The notes under the pieces were generated by a model. That model searched no databases. It was given only the letters and a program-made list of their open reading frames with translations, and was not told the origin of the DNA. From contig JALMLS010000577.1 of assembly GCA_038496445.1 (NCBI GenBank), positions 558,001 through 622,000 on the forward strand: a stretch of 64,000 nt of DNA, in the 5' to 3' direction. Both the position numbers and the translations under genes were made by a program. This document shows positions 24,650-40,300 of this stretch, piece after piece. This stretch comes from Trichosphaerium sp. ATCC 40318. Taxonomy: Eukaryota; Protista; Tubulinea. Each line of letters starts with the position of its first letter. Within the stretch, counting starts at the first letter, position 1.

Positions 24650-24860
24650 TCAGGTATGATTAAGGCCAATCAAATGAACTCCAACAAGCGCTTTTATACC
24701 TTCATCTGTTACTGAAGTGTTTTCAAGGTCAATGGTATGAACACCAGCAAGTGTTTTTACACCTCCATCTGTTACTGAAGTGCCACCAAGATCAATAGTA
24801 TGAACTCCAGCAAGTGCCTTTACACCTTTTACGCCTTCATCTGTTACTGGAGTATCATTC
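24650..24860 (-). pseudogene. 3' remnant of an LRR gene paralogous to 20877-22076
   Basis: About 3 repeats TPVTDEGVK..ALAGVHTIDL..TSVTD; no F-box or credible start; shares ttatcagtcag across the stop with the intact copy. Confidence 0.75.
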
Positions 24861-24941
24861 AAAAAACATGATTGTGATTTATTATCTATGTACAAGTATA
24901 AGAACACCGAGGTCCTTATTGATAGCATCGAAGGTCTTTAT

Positions 24942-26257
24942 CTACTCCGAAAAGACCACTCCTGCTGCGTAACTGACTGAAGAATCAGAAAAGGATTTAC
25001 ACTGGCTTGATTGCGAGTAATGAACAAACTTAATTTCGGCTTCTTTTGCAGTCTTAGCCATTGCTTTACGAAGAGAACTCATTAATACCTATTACAATGG
25101 ACATAAGTACATTACTGTGGTATATACTTTAACGGGTAAATTCAGACGTACAAGTATAGCATGTCGACCACAAATTGTGTTTCTAGTGGAAGTAATATAC
25201 TTCCAGAATTTATTGGGATCACCACTTTCTAACAATAAAAAATTAAGAAAACCAGTGTTGGTACAGTAGCAAACGTACCAATGGCTTCCATACCACGTTT
25301 ATCAAGTGCTGTTATAGACTCGTGTATTTTTTTATACTTCTTCTCGTAATACGTGTACCTTGGGATGAATAAAAAACGTGAAGATCGCGAAGGTGATGAA
25401 GATATAAAAAAAAAATTTTACACTAATTAAACAGTTTTTTTCATTTGACCATACCCAAAGCGACTACCCCAATGACAAAAGTCTGTTGAGATGATAATCA
25501 AGGTATGAGGATCGTCTATGTACTTCTCAAATATACCAGCATATTTATTTGATAATGAAGGTGAGACTTGTCCAGCAAGCATCGGTACAAGCGTAAACTC
25601 TTTTCTATGAACAGATGTAAGTGTGAGACTAGATCATAATTTGCTATTCACGTACTCGCCCATTACACGTTTAATAAAAGGTAAGTGCATCTCAAGGGAG
25701 TGTTCTTCCTCGTCATCGTCTTTGTCGAAGGAACCAAACATTCTCGTGTCGAGTAACTTCTTAACCTCTGTGAAGGCGTCAGACACGTTTAAAAAAAGTT
25801 GGCACCTTGTGTATCAATAGAAATGTTACCGAGAGGCGTTTCGTACTCAGACATTGATGATAATGCTAATCCTTCGTAACTCATGCGGTGGCTTGGTCCA
25901 ATGAGAATAATACGGTCTCTGAAGAAGTGTCAGGTTGTAATTTCAGTTTACGGTTATTACATGTGGTCAGAATTAACGTTTTTGTATGCCCACGCCAAGG
26001 TTTCTCCACAGTAGCTATAACCAGCATGCCTAACGTAGTCAAAAACAATACTGTACAGATTTATCGTACGGTCCAATAATTGCCTGAACAGCGCGATCCT
26101 CACTCTTTGCGTTGCCAAGATACGCATCAAGTTCGCTACGTAACTGCTTTCCTAAAACCCGTATTTAAACCCAGTATTTTGTACAAAACCAAACAACCCG
26201 CATACCTCTTGACGTGTACCACGACCCAGCGTGAGATGCTTCTCTTACGTTTTCCAT
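24942..26257 (-). CDS. MEMO1: MEMO1 family protein, multi-exon
   Basis: MENVREASHAGSWY, AIIGPHAGYSYCG, LIGPSH, YETPLG, EEEHSLEMHLPFI, ISTDFCHWG, NTICGRHAI, DSSVSYA. Confidence 0.95.
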
Positions 26258-26307
26258 CACGACAAACTGCGAGAAAAAAAAAGTCAAATGTAACAGTTAC
26301 ACGTACA

Positions 26308-27126
26308 ATGAGCATCACCTTAGACTCAATGTTGCCTTTTACAAACGACCTTCCGTTTCCCCAACCAAGCACCGTTGAAGTAGCTCAGGGCAAAGCAATT
26401 TCAAAAGACCGCGGCTACAATATAGAAGCTGCGCTCACTGCTACTGACGCAGACACATTTTGCGACCTACTGTTTGGTATTTCGACTACAAACAACAAAA
26501 AACCACAAAAAAGCACGCGAAAAAGAAAACTAGAGAAGGATAGACCCAAACGACCACCAAACGCATACATTCTATTTTGTCAAAGCGAACGCCCAGCACT
26601 TCGCCTTCAATACCCAGGTCTACACAACGTCACAGCCACAAAGATGCTAAGTGAGAAGTGGAGAGCGCTAGACGAAGACAAGAAACAACAATTTAAAGCG
26701 AAAGCAAAAGACCTTCAAGCAAAATTCAAGGCTGCTCATCCTGAATACTCATACAAACGGAGACGGTCATGTTCTAAGGTACTATTGATGCATTAAACAT
26801 TTTATTAACTCACTTAGCCTAAACCGAAAGCAACTCAGTCTGCGGTCCCACGTCAAACTACTAAACAGGCCAAAACAGTTTCAGAGCAACCGACCAGTAC
26901 AGCACAAGCGCCTCCTGCGTATCTTGACTTCTTGTACTCTTTACAAGATGCGCTTAACAGTTCTGACAGTATGACAACCACAGATGGTACGACACTACAC
27001 GGTGATATTGGTAAGTTTCCCGTTATCGGTACGTTCTTTTTAATAGTCCAAAATCAAAACATACAATGTTGTGCGGGTAAGAAAATTTTTGGTTTTTTTT
27101 TTTGCTTTGGTACAAAGACTGGGTGA
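26308..27126 (+). CDS. Single HMG-box protein (3' end uncertain)
   Basis: PKRPPNAYILFCQSERP...KMLSEKWRALDE...HPEYSYKRRR; exon 2 from 26818. Confidence 0.85.
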
Positions 27127-27607
27127 GTTTTTTTTTGTTGGAATTTTTGAATCCAAGTTTCGGTAAGTAAAATGGTACGGAACGACGGGTAATGATTTTT
27201 TTTTACTCCTTTTCTTTTTTTTTTTTTGTTGTTGAAAAATTTCTTGTTTTTTCTTGATGTCTCCTTTTGACAGCATCAAAATTCTTCTTTTTGCTTACCC
27301 ACATTATTGTAGAAATAAAATTATGATACTGGTACGTCTGGTGCGTGATTTTATACAGACAATAGTTGTAAATTATAAATAGAAGAAAAAAAATGCGAAA
27401 ACAAAACAAAGTCCATGTTCGTTATTTTACATTTGGATTATTACAAAGCAGAGAGTTATACTAAGCAATCACTTGCCATTTCCTGATTCATTTCCTTTTG
27501 GGTTTTTGTGAGCGGTCGCTGGCAGTTTTTTTTTTTGTACGTTGTAATAGAGAGGTGAGTTGGTAAGTTAAAGGTGAGCTTTCTTTTTTTTTTTTGACAT
27601 GTTTTTT

Positions 27608-28426
27608 TTAAAAGTCAACCTTTTGGCTTCTACCCTTCTTAATGTCTCCTCTGTACTTCTTTTTCTTTATTATATGGTAAGTAAGGGTACGTTAATGGTA
27701 TTAATTTACCTCTATGCGCTTGTTTTTGGAGTGCTCCGAAATGACTTCTGGTGGTTTCTCTCCAGGTATGAAACTGGCTTGTTCTAGATACTGACGAAGC
27801 TTTGTGTAACAATCTTCAATGTTACGTTCCTATACGATGATTAGGGTAAGAGGATTGCCAATAGTCTATTAATTAAGAACCTGATAACGTGTTTTCTGAC
27901 TTGTAATAATGAAATCTCCTGCCTTTGTGATTCTGTGCTTATTGAGGACTTGAAACTGCTCCTGAATACTGTTTTTAGATTGTTATTTTATGCAAAAGGT
28001 CGTACTAGAATCTCTTCTGGAATCCAAGTCGCTTCCGATACGTTGAACCGCATTTCAGCTTTTGTCGCTACTTTATTGACATTTTGACCTCCGGGACCTG
28101 TTGGAGGGTTAGTTTGCAAGTTGTGGGATGCACTAATACCGCTTGAGTGAATAAACTTCATATCGATCTTATCTCTTGGTATTTCTGGCACCTAGCGTTT
28201 AGATGAGTTGAGCTACAGCGAGAATCGTGCCGTTAGCTTTTTGGCTTTCTTCAATTCCACCCGTAGATCATCTATGTTGTTCTTCTGTTGCCGTACATAG
28301 AATTTTGCGTGTACTAGTGGATGTCACAAAAAAAGCAGTTAGTTGTAACTTACAGCGCGTTTTAGGTTGTTTTTGAGTTCGCACTGCTTGTTGGGCACGC
28401 GAGATGCGTGTGCAGGCTTGCAACAT
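27608..28426 (-). CDS. Mitochondrial ICT1/ArfB-like peptidyl-tRNA hydrolase
   Basis: Basic presequence-like N-term MLQACTRISRAQQAVR; SSG|PGGQNVNKVATKAEMRF; basic tail KKKYRGDIKKGRSQKVDF*. Confidence 0.9.
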
Positions 28427-28470
28427 TTTTTTGTTCGGCTTATTCAGCTTAAAGTCAAACAAAACTTTTA

Positions 28471-29893
28471 ATGTCTCGCTGGACGCATCCAAAGGTGTCA
28501 TGGAGTCAAATAAAAAAAGTTCTAGAGGCATTTCTGCCTAAACTTGTTACACTATGTCAAAACCTGCCCTCTGTCGACAATCATACGTTTGCAGTTCTAA
28601 TAAAACAAGCTGAATACATAGAAAAGGTGAAGTGTATTAGATGTCAATTTAAATTAATAATACGTAAAGGTCATTGCTACTACGAATTCATCATCTCTTG
28701 AGTTCTTGGAGCGCTATCTACGCGTTTTGAAGCAAAATAACTTAGAAATTAAAGTACGACATACAAATTCGGTCAAAACCCTGATTATGGCATATATTGA
28801 CACTTGAGCACTTAGTTTGAAATAACGGTTAACGCTCTGGCAAACGCGCAAAAGCTTCTACTCCAAAGGATCCTGTACAATCCTACACTAGCTATGGAAG
28901 AGAACCAGAATATTCTCACGCTAGTACGCCAACTCTAACACGTTTTAATAGTCATTTACGAATTTTTTGGAAAGGCAGTTGCACATTACGAAAAAATCGC
29001 TTCTGGTACTGACAATGAGTTACTATTATCAGATGTCATGGCCTTCCAAGAGTACCTAAAACCATTGCATACACATACAATAAAAAGATCGGCGGAAGAT
29101 GGTACGTGGTGATAATAATCAAACAAGTTTGATCAATGTCTGGTTATATTTTTGTTTTTAGTTAGACCACTTACTCCCCTACAGATGTACCCAAGTTCGT
29201 TTCTCATCCTTCTTACACATATAAAAGAGGGGCAGCTCATTTACTACGCAAAGATTGGGAAGAAATATACAACGATAGCATGCTTATTGATACACAAAAG
29301 TCACTTCAAAGACATAAGGAGCATTTTGCAAAAAACCATATTAAGTTGCTAAAAGATCCTCAATTTGTCGTATGGTTAATACTACATACTCTGTATTTAC
29401 TCATTTTTAAGTATAGGAGCTACTGGTATTAGCACTTGTACTACCTTTTCTGGATAGTACATCATCGGTTCCTGAAGCTTCTGAAAATGCTTGCAATACA
29501 GCAATGATAGATATGATTTTGACAAACACAGCTAAGAAGCTGCTATGGAATACAGACTCTTGGCTTCTTGCAAAAGCATCACTACAATTCTCTAGTATAA
29601 GAGAACCGTATATAATGGCTTTATCATATCTACTAAGACAAAGATTACATGTAGTCGAGAATAACATGAGTCAAGAGCAAGGTAGTTGTTTTAAGAGATT
29701 TTTTTTGTAGTTGTGTGCTTAGTAAGATGTAGGTTGGTATCAAAAGGAGATGGCTTGTAAACAAGATGCTGCACGTATTAGAATAAGATTAAACCTTGTT
29801 ATGAAACAATCACATGATATTCAAGAGGAGTGTAAGGCTGTACTTAGAAAACAAAGGGTTGATCTAAGTTTTCCTTGGGAAGAAGTAATATAA
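28471..29893 (+). CDS. Multi-exon helical protein, weak resemblance to FANCF
   Basis: Phase-compatible exons MSRWTHPKVSW... to ...FPWEEVI*; KQAEYIE and LANAQKLLLQRILYNP loosely recall FANCF N-terminal motifs. Confidence 0.5.
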
Positions 29894-30757
29894 AATCACT
29901 GTCATAGGTTCAGTCAATTATGGCCGCGCCAGCTGCCACTTTAAAGGTTTCTGTGCTATTTCTAAAGGGTCGTAGAGTTGTGTAAAGGTCTTCAAACATG
30001 AAATACTACAGATTTTTTTGCGATTATGCGTTACTTATTGTAAACTCCTACGCAATATCTACCAGCTGGGCTATACTTCAGTTGTTGGGAATTATTCACG
30101 TGGCCATTAATGACCAACCCTTGGCTGCTTTCACTTTCGTATCTCACTTTTTTCTTTGTGCACTATTTAATTCCAACTTGAACTTTGCTCCATAGAATGT
30201 TTGTGTGAACTGTTAGAAATAAAGTAAAAAATGCCCCTTTGCCTCACTTGGGGTTAGTATAAGGGGTTTTTGACTTGTTTAAATATATATATATAATCAG
30301 GTAAAAATCAGTTTATTCGCTAGAGATACCGAATAGACTATCGCCTGTGCCAACATGCTGCAAAAAAGACTACAAAGCTGTATTCCATTGTTGTTATAGA
30401 TAGTTGAAAGCACAGCTAACCCTAGCAGTACTCAAAGCCGTAGAGCAGTTAATAACAAAGGAATCAAAATACAGTGACGTCAGCTCCGCTTTTAGAAAAT
30501 ACTATCTACCTTTGTTCTATTTAAACGAAAACGTACGCTAGCAGATATTTTGAACGTGTCTTGGTCTGTTTACAAGCCTAGAAAACATTGTACGATTTTC
30601 GGTAATCTGTACTAGCTTTTGTACCTTTCGTTGTGTTGTAAATTACTATAGACGGCGAAAGGAACTGTAAAGAGAAACAAACAGTGCAGTCCGGAAATGG
30701 AGATATTGTTACGGCGGAGAATACTCCACAGTTTACTCATTTTCAATAATAACCACC

Positions 30758-32146
30758 ATGATAAAAGCTCTTCTATGTGTACTATGTCTTATAACAGTAG
30801 CAATGTCTCTAAGTACGTACGCTTTACGAAAAACAAAGTTCTTTTCTAAAAAACTCTAAAATGCAAGAAATTAAATACAATGTAGCTGCTGGCGATGAAG
30901 GTAACTGTGAGCTTGTGCTTAGCAGTACTGGGGCCAATTTGATAGAAAACTCTACAGAACCTAACAATCCAGACTTCTTTGTAACCACTGGTACCACGGA
31001 GTATATATTTGCAACATCAACGAACACGTACTCCCTTGACATTGAGCCAACAACATTCACTTTGTCTATCTTCGCAGACAGAAACGGAGCTCTATTTTCA
31101 AGTGACATGGTAATGACATGCGTAATGTTTCAACCAGTTGTAACAGGTACATTTCCTTCAAGGCATTTTTTTTGTAGAGCGCTCCAAAAATGGAAACTTT
31201 GTTCAGCTACTCATTGAGATTTCCACGCAGTAGATTTTGTTTAAAGTTGTTTGTAGGGTTTTTTTTGACGTCATCTGGTTTCATGAACCCTCCTACTAGC
31301 ATAAGCTACAATTCTACATTATTTACGTACGTCATTCCATCATTGAACGTTAGCATTAATTGTGTTTTTAGCTTTACACTGCCAACGCCAGTTCTTACCC
31401 CCAGACAGACAACATCTATCGAATTCTCATTTGCGCCACCCCCAACAACACTACCTCCAACAACACTACCTCCAACAACGCTGCCACCAACTACTCTACC
31501 TCCAACAACACTGCCTCCGACAACGTTGCCACCAACTACACTACCTCCAACTACGCTACCACCAACTACTCTACCTCCAACAACACTGCCTCCGACAACG
31601 TTGCCACCAACTACTCTACCTCCCACAACGTTACCACCAACTACTCTACCTCCAACTACGTTACCACCAACTACACTACCTCCAACAACGTTGCCACCAA
31701 CTACTCTACCTCCAACAACACTGCCTCCGACAACATTACCACCAACTACGTTACCACCAACTACACTAGCTCCAACAACTTTATCCCCAACAACCCTGCC
31801 TCCAACCAGTCTACCTCCAACAACTTTACCTCCGACGACTCTACCTCCAACAACGTTACCACCAACTACTCTACCTCCAACTGCGCAACAGCCAACGACA
31901 GCTACCCAACAGCCAACGACAGCAGCTCCAACAACAGTCCCACCAACTAGCCTCACTTCCACACCACCGCCACAAACAACGCTAGCACCTACTACAGTCC
32001 AACCTACTACAGTCGCGCCTACCTCCACCATTGTACAAACACCAACTGAAGCAGTACCTGTAGATGCAACGTCATTGAGGTCTTCAGGTAACACCCTTTA
32101 CATAGCTGGCATTCTATTGTGTAGTGTATTACTCGTTTCTTTATAG
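30758..32146 (+). CDS. Secreted/GPI-anchored mucin-like protein with PPTTL repeats, 3 exons
   Basis: Signal peptide MIKALLCVLCLITVAMSL; beta-rich domain; Pro/Thr stalk; C-terminal SSG+hydrophobic tail LYIAGILLCSVLLVSL. Confidence 0.85.
31437..31880 (+). repeat. Coding 15-bp tandem repeat (PPTTL), about 29 units
   Basis: Units such as ccaccaactactcta / cctccaacaacgttg vary mostly at synonymous positions. Confidence 0.95.
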
Positions 32147-32399
32147 ACACGAGAAACAATAAAACCAATTTGTACACCTTAGCACCTAATTGAACGTGTA
32201 TCATTTACAGCTTCGCGTCAGTACTTTTTCAGTAAACAACAATCCAGGTCTATGTTAACCTTCTACTCGTGTGGCTCCTGGGAAGTGTACGCTTCTCTAG
32301 CTTATCTAAATTATGATAATGGATAACGCTCTTGACCTCTCAGAGTGCTCAAAATTTGTTAAAAAAGTCAACTGGTTTCATAAAGCCTACAGTACAACA

Positions 32400-33319
32400 A
32401 TGCAAACAATATTGCTTTTCGTAGCTGTAGTTATACTGGGAGTATATGCTCAGCCTATTTTTACGCCTCTTCCAGCGACTTTTAACTCTGCAATGTTTGA
32501 TTACCTCACGTTGAGCCCCAGTACCATTGGTGGTCAGCCAGCAAGAGCCAAGGGTACAATTAAGTACAGAATCACAGGTCAAGACGAATGGCAGCTAGTA
32601 CGTAACCCAGCATTATCTATACTTCTAAACCGCGCTTAATATCATTTTTAAACGATATCCTCCATAATTAACCAAAACGCAGGTTATGAGTGGCGCTATT
32701 CAGTCTGGACTGTTCTCTCCTTACACAAACGTTACTACCTATCAATTCTACGGTGCCGGTAAAGTACAAACTACTTGCTTGTTTTAGAAAAAAAACTAAA
32801 ATATTAATTCTACGCTTAGTTGATAGAATACACCATAGCAAAAGGTGGCTGTGTGAACACCACAATATCTTCTAAAGAACGCAGGTGCCGTTGGACCGAG
32901 GTACCAGCTCTAGAGAGAGAAATTAATCATCCAAAATTCTGATTTTTTTTTTGCGTAGAAACAACCTTCACCTAAATTCACGGTTGATACACTCACCTGT
33001 AAATACGCTATCGGTGGAAACAATACTGTTGCAACTACTACAATAGTTACAAATGAGGCAACTTTACCTACGCCTCAAATATCATCTTCAAAGCTAAGAA
33101 TGGGTGATACAAGCTTTGATTACGCTGTGTTGAAATGGAGCGATGAAGATCCAACTGACAACGACTTTAAGGTATTGGAGTATCTTTTTGTTTTGAATTA
33201 ATATTGACAATGTTCATCACTTTAACGCACAGTTTTCTGATGAGACGTTCCTCTACACAGACATTAATTACTTACTGACACTCCTCTAGTTACCTGCTAT
33301 TTGTACTACATCCCATTAA
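32400..33319 (+). CDS. Secreted protein, possibly ependymin-related (EPDR)
   Basis: Signal peptide MQTILLFVAVVILGVYAQ; beta-rich; ends DPTDNDFK|LPAIC, like the F..P..C end of EPDR proteins. Confidence 0.55.
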
Positions 33320-33983
33320 GGGGATATACACAACTGCTAAAGCAGTTAATTTGTAAGACAACAGGTGTTGTCTTTTTCTGTACTTGTTGTGTTCTGGACG
33401 GTGTCCAAAAAATAAAGAAATATCAGTTCAAACAACATTTTGGAAGCCGATAAGCCATCAAACATCAAACTTCTAAGCACTAGTGCTAATCTACCATCTA
33501 TAACGTGCAAACCCTGTATTTTTTTTCAGTACTGCTAATTCAAGGTATGATGGTGACCTGGAAAAGCATGGAAAAAAAACATCCAACAAATACATAGTAC
33601 TGTTTGTTTACCACATTGTTAAATCTTAATAGGAGAGTACAACGGCCAATTGGGCATCAATACAATACGTACATGGTACCAAAAATAACAAATTCATTCA
33701 AAAACGGACAAAACTATAAATAGTTATTTTATCACCAAAAACGGAAAAATACGGTTATGCTTTAAGTAACAGCGGTATGTATTCGTCAATTTAGATTGTC
33801 ATTTAAAACTGGGACCATTTTCCTAATATAGTATAAAAATACGACGTTTCGACACCTAAACGTGTTGCATTCATGTTCACTATTTACAAAACGTGATGCT
33901 ACACAATACCTCCCCCTTGGATGCGGTTGAAGGTAAGAAAAAAGAAAAAAGGTGGTGTTTAAATAAAGAAACGGACAATGGTT

Positions 33984-34352
33984 TTATTGGTTGTACATCT
34001 CTCGTTTTATCTTTTTATACTCTGTGCGTATTGCATCTAGCTCATTAAATACATGAATGGTTGTATTTGCAATTTGCTTTATCTGGTTATCCTTCTCTCG
34101 TTTTTCAGCACAGGTACTCATAGCGAGTTCCATGTTAGCTTTCTTTAATGCTTTACGTTCTCTATCAGCTTTAATGAACTTTTGCTCAAAATGAGTTGCT
34201 TTGAATACAGCGTCAGAATACTCCCTTAGTAGCCTATCTACATCAATTATACCATGTTGCGTAACGGTCTGTCTACTTGCTATATTGGCACTTGTTTCAG
34301 GTTCTTGTTTAGGATGATAAAAATGATTCCAAGTCGCTTCTGAGGGTTGCAT
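33984..34352 (-). CDS. Small intronless coiled-coil protein, unknown
   Basis: 122-aa ATG-started ORF with heptad-like C-half. Confidence 0.5.
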   Translation of the reverse strand: MQPSEATWNHFYHPKQEPETSANIASRQTVTQHGIIDVDRLLREYSDAVFKATHFEQKFIKADRERKALKKANMELAMSTCAEKREKDNQIKQIANTTIHVFNELDAIRTEYKKIKREMYNQ

Positions 34353-34697
34353 GAGTTGTTAAGAGTTGGCCGATAAGTTATTTAACAAACTGCACAACTT
34401 TCTATTTTGGTGAATTGACTTTTTTCAACAACGCTCATATCTCAACCACGACCTCATTTCCTTATTGTGTAATCAACCGTACGAGTTTTAATCCCGCGTA
34501 GAACAAAAACTCTTTTTTGTAAACTACGTCATTTTTACTTCACAGTTTTCACCCCAAGTAGTTGTTACTTATTTTATACTATGGTCTATTTTAGACTTTA
34601 AACGCATGCTTACTTGTTTTTATTGTTATGTAAACTACATTTCGAAAAAAGAAAAATTTGAAACAAACGTAGTCGAATAAATTTCACACATGCATTT

Positions 34698-36942
<2,245 letters not shown>

Positions 36943-37328
36943 ACTATACGACTTGTTGTTCAAAAGAGTAGGAAAGCCTAAAAAGTACTTTGGTGGCAAA
37001 TCCACTGACGGCCAAATTCTACTTAAGCCACCAAAAATCGTTGCTGTAAACAACGAAAATAGCAACGGGCTACTCAGGTACAATGTTTGATGCTGTTCGA
37101 AGTATTGATTGAAATATTTGAAATCTATCGCTAATAACTCTTCAACTTGTGTCAAAGTACCATTAATTATACCTTACGCGTACTAGAAAGCTACACAACG
37201 CGTAAAAAGTAATTGAAACGCACTACTAGTCTCACACCGTTTCACAAATGAATTCTAAACGATCAAATACGGACGTAGGTACAGATTACATCATAAAGTC
37301 TGTTCCTAGCGCCAAACAACATAACAAT

Positions 37329-40300
37329 ATGGCCAACGTAAACAAAAAACTACAACAACTGCAAAAACAATATGAAGGTGAGCCACTAGAGCGTCTGTGT
37401 AAACGGTATCTAAATAAACTAAAACAATCCAGGAATAATTGAATCGAATGTTATACTCGGAGTGTATGAGGTAACAACATACCTTTGGCGCTTTTATTAT
37501 TTTCTAACATAATATTTCTAGAGTTGCGTTTCAATCGATCAAACTGCTAAAATGCTTAAAGATATGGCGTTTACAGTCCAAGACGACAAACTTGGCGAAT
37601 TACAGGTACAAAAAAAAGTCAGTTTATCCAAAAACTAGCGTGATTGCACTCACACATTGTCGTTTGAAGGAAGAATTTAGCTCCAGATTCGATATTGGTG
37701 TACTGGAGATGATTCTTGAGAATAATGGAATGGACGTTGAAAAAGCGCGTTGTGCGCTGTATGGGATGCTAGTACGTTCTCCACGTGATCAATGGGTGGC
37801 TAAAAATAGTTTAGGATATGCCACAAGAAAGCATTCAACAACTAAAGTCAAGTGTCAATCAACCTCAAGACAGCAATGTTGATAGTGGCTCAGATGCATC
37901 GTCTCTCGCTATAAGTAGAGATTCAGTTGACTCAGTAAGCACCATTCGCGAAGCTGTTCTCTAACGTAAGTTGTTAGGAAACAGACCAAGGTTTAGAGCA
38001 ATTAATAAAACAGTTTCCAGATGTTGAAGTGTCAACAATTAAAACACTATTTCAACAGAATCAGTATAATACTTATCATACAGTACAGCATATTAGTTTA
38101 GTAACGGGTATAGTACCGCTTACAAAAACTACGCCTGAAGTACAGAGAACTCCCTCTCCTCAGAGAGACGTTGATAATAGTCAAGATAATCAACGTATAC
38201 CTGAATAATATCCTTATCTCTGTCTGATTGACTTTTCGCTAGAATCTTGCGATACATTAAAGGAGAGATTCCCGCAAGTAGATCCTTTGGTAACAGAGAT
38301 GGTATTGGAGCGTATGTATCTCATAAATTGGCTGTTTACTAACTTGAAAAAAAGAAAATGGGTATAACTTAAATGAATCTTCTGATGCCCTGAGCCAAAT
38401 GTCTGAGGATATGGTGGATTCCCCTTGGAGATCTAGCGACTCAGCAGATATGCAAAAATATGTGTATCAGAAAAAACAAGTATCAGACGCCTGTACAGAA
38501 TCAGACTCCAAAGAAAACAAAGAAGATGATGTTAGATTTCTTGAAAAAATGTTCCCAACTCTAGAATACCGAGTCTTATACTTGGTACGTCAAGTTTACA
38601 GAACCTATTTTTAAATACAAACAAGGTATGGGATGAGAAGGGCCGAGATTTGGAGGCTACCATGGAGGCGCTATTACCGCTAGTGGAGCTTGTGAGCCAA
38701 AAAGTACAAACCGAAAAACGTTTATGAATTGTCTTTATAGGATGATGACGACTCAGAAGGCGAGGAAGAGCCGCCACCGTATGAATCTATGCCTACAGAC
38801 CCGACCGAAAAATCTGCCATCATCGTTCGCGTCAGCGATATGTTCCCGGGCGTTTCTGTACGTCTATTTTTCAATCCCGTTTCGGTTATTTTCTGTTTGA
38901 TAGAAAGTTACATTGTGTTTTGGGAAATTGACTCAAATTTCTGTTCGGAAATGTGTCGTAATGTTTTGGTTTAGTTAACAAATATTATTTCTACGCTCGA
39001 GAAGTATGATTATAATGTTGATGAGGCGACACAATATATTCTAAACAAAAAAAGCGCGATTTCGAAACGGAGGGCTAATTCTCAAAAAAATGCTCGTCAA
39101 CGTACGTTTTATGACGTAAAACAGTCACGTGATTACAAAAAAAACAGCCATAATCAGAAGTTTTTCGTAACTTTATTAGTCCTTTTCAAAGTTCTAGTCA
39201 CTTTTTTGTGTTTTTTGGCGAGTTCACGCAAAATCTTGTTGTTGCGTGCTCCAAAATTATTATTATATTTCACTATGTACATACACTTTCTCTTTTTACA
39301 AATCTACAGTTCCTTTTTTTTTCCATCGCTGACGTCAACATGGTGTTAGAAATTTTTTTTTTTTTTGTGGCAGCTGGCTACTACTTCTAGTTCTAAAGCG
39401 TTGCCATAACACTATTTCTTTCTTGTTTTAAAAGTCTTCTCATCTCTTCCCATTGTTTCATTGTCACGTGATGATCGGCCATATTTGTGCTTATGCTAGT
39501 CATTTTCCGCCGCCTTCTCTTTGTTGTTGTTCTCTGAGTTCCCAAGTGATCCAAGAACTGATAAAAATGTTCGAATCGTAAAAATTTTAAAGCTTCTTTA
39601 TACCCAGCTTCAAATGGGTCTTGACTACCACGTCTAATATTTAATTCTATAGTCTAAAGAAAAAACTACATTAGTTTTTTTTTCTTACTGTTGTGTTTAC
39701 GGTCTTGAGAAATTTCGGTTTTTTAGAATCGTAACAAAAAAGTTGGGCGAACTTTTTTGTAAAGCAAGACGCTTTATGATTTACAACGCAAAGTTGAATT
39801 CTACAAAAAATTAACAACGTACCCTGAGTGTAGCGTGTGAAAAATTGAGAGCGTCAGGTGCTTCTGGAGCGCAGTACTTATTCCATATTGTTTTAACTCT
39901 GTTTCGTCGTCTTGTGAGGTGACATAGCTCAACTTCAATGATAAAACGAAGTATTTCGCCAACTTGATGTGCACATAAATACTGGTAGAATTGTGCCACA
40001 AACACTCTGTCTTCCCATATACTATCGAAACAAGGCTCGTGTACTCTATATTATTCATGTCAGAACAATTCAGTTATCGGTAGAATCAAGCGCAGTTACG
40101 CGTTTCGAGAAAATTCTTTTTTTGATTAGAAACTAGCAAGGGTAGAGTACGCACGCTGAAGCGAATGACCTGGAGCGGCTCATTTTAACTTTAGATTTCC
40201 CACCTCGCATAAAAGTACGTAATGATCGTAGAAACACTATCAAAACGTTAGAGAATATAACTCTTGTATGTTTGAAGGCGAACAAACCGTCACGTACTTG

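Noticed and set aside
26080-26307. N-terminal extension of the HMG ORF
   Set aside because: Starts at TTG and overlaps MEMO1 exons 1-2 on the other strand; first ATG is 26308
31437-31880. Possible CRISPR or satellite array
   Set aside because: No spacers; in-frame coding repeat with synonymous variation
31306-32094. 262-aa Val/Gly-rich antisense ORF and 135-aa Gln/His/Leu alternate-frame ORF
   Set aside because: Shadows of the PPTTL coding repeat
36943-37155. In-frame upstream extension of IDH as a mitochondrial presequence
   Set aside because: No ATG (opens at TTG) and not Arg-rich or amphipathic
39466-39562. Box C/D snoRNA-like motifs (GTGATGA...CTGA) in the long intron
   Set aside because: Lies within the antisense RGS coding exon; no terminal stem or recognisable rRNA guide
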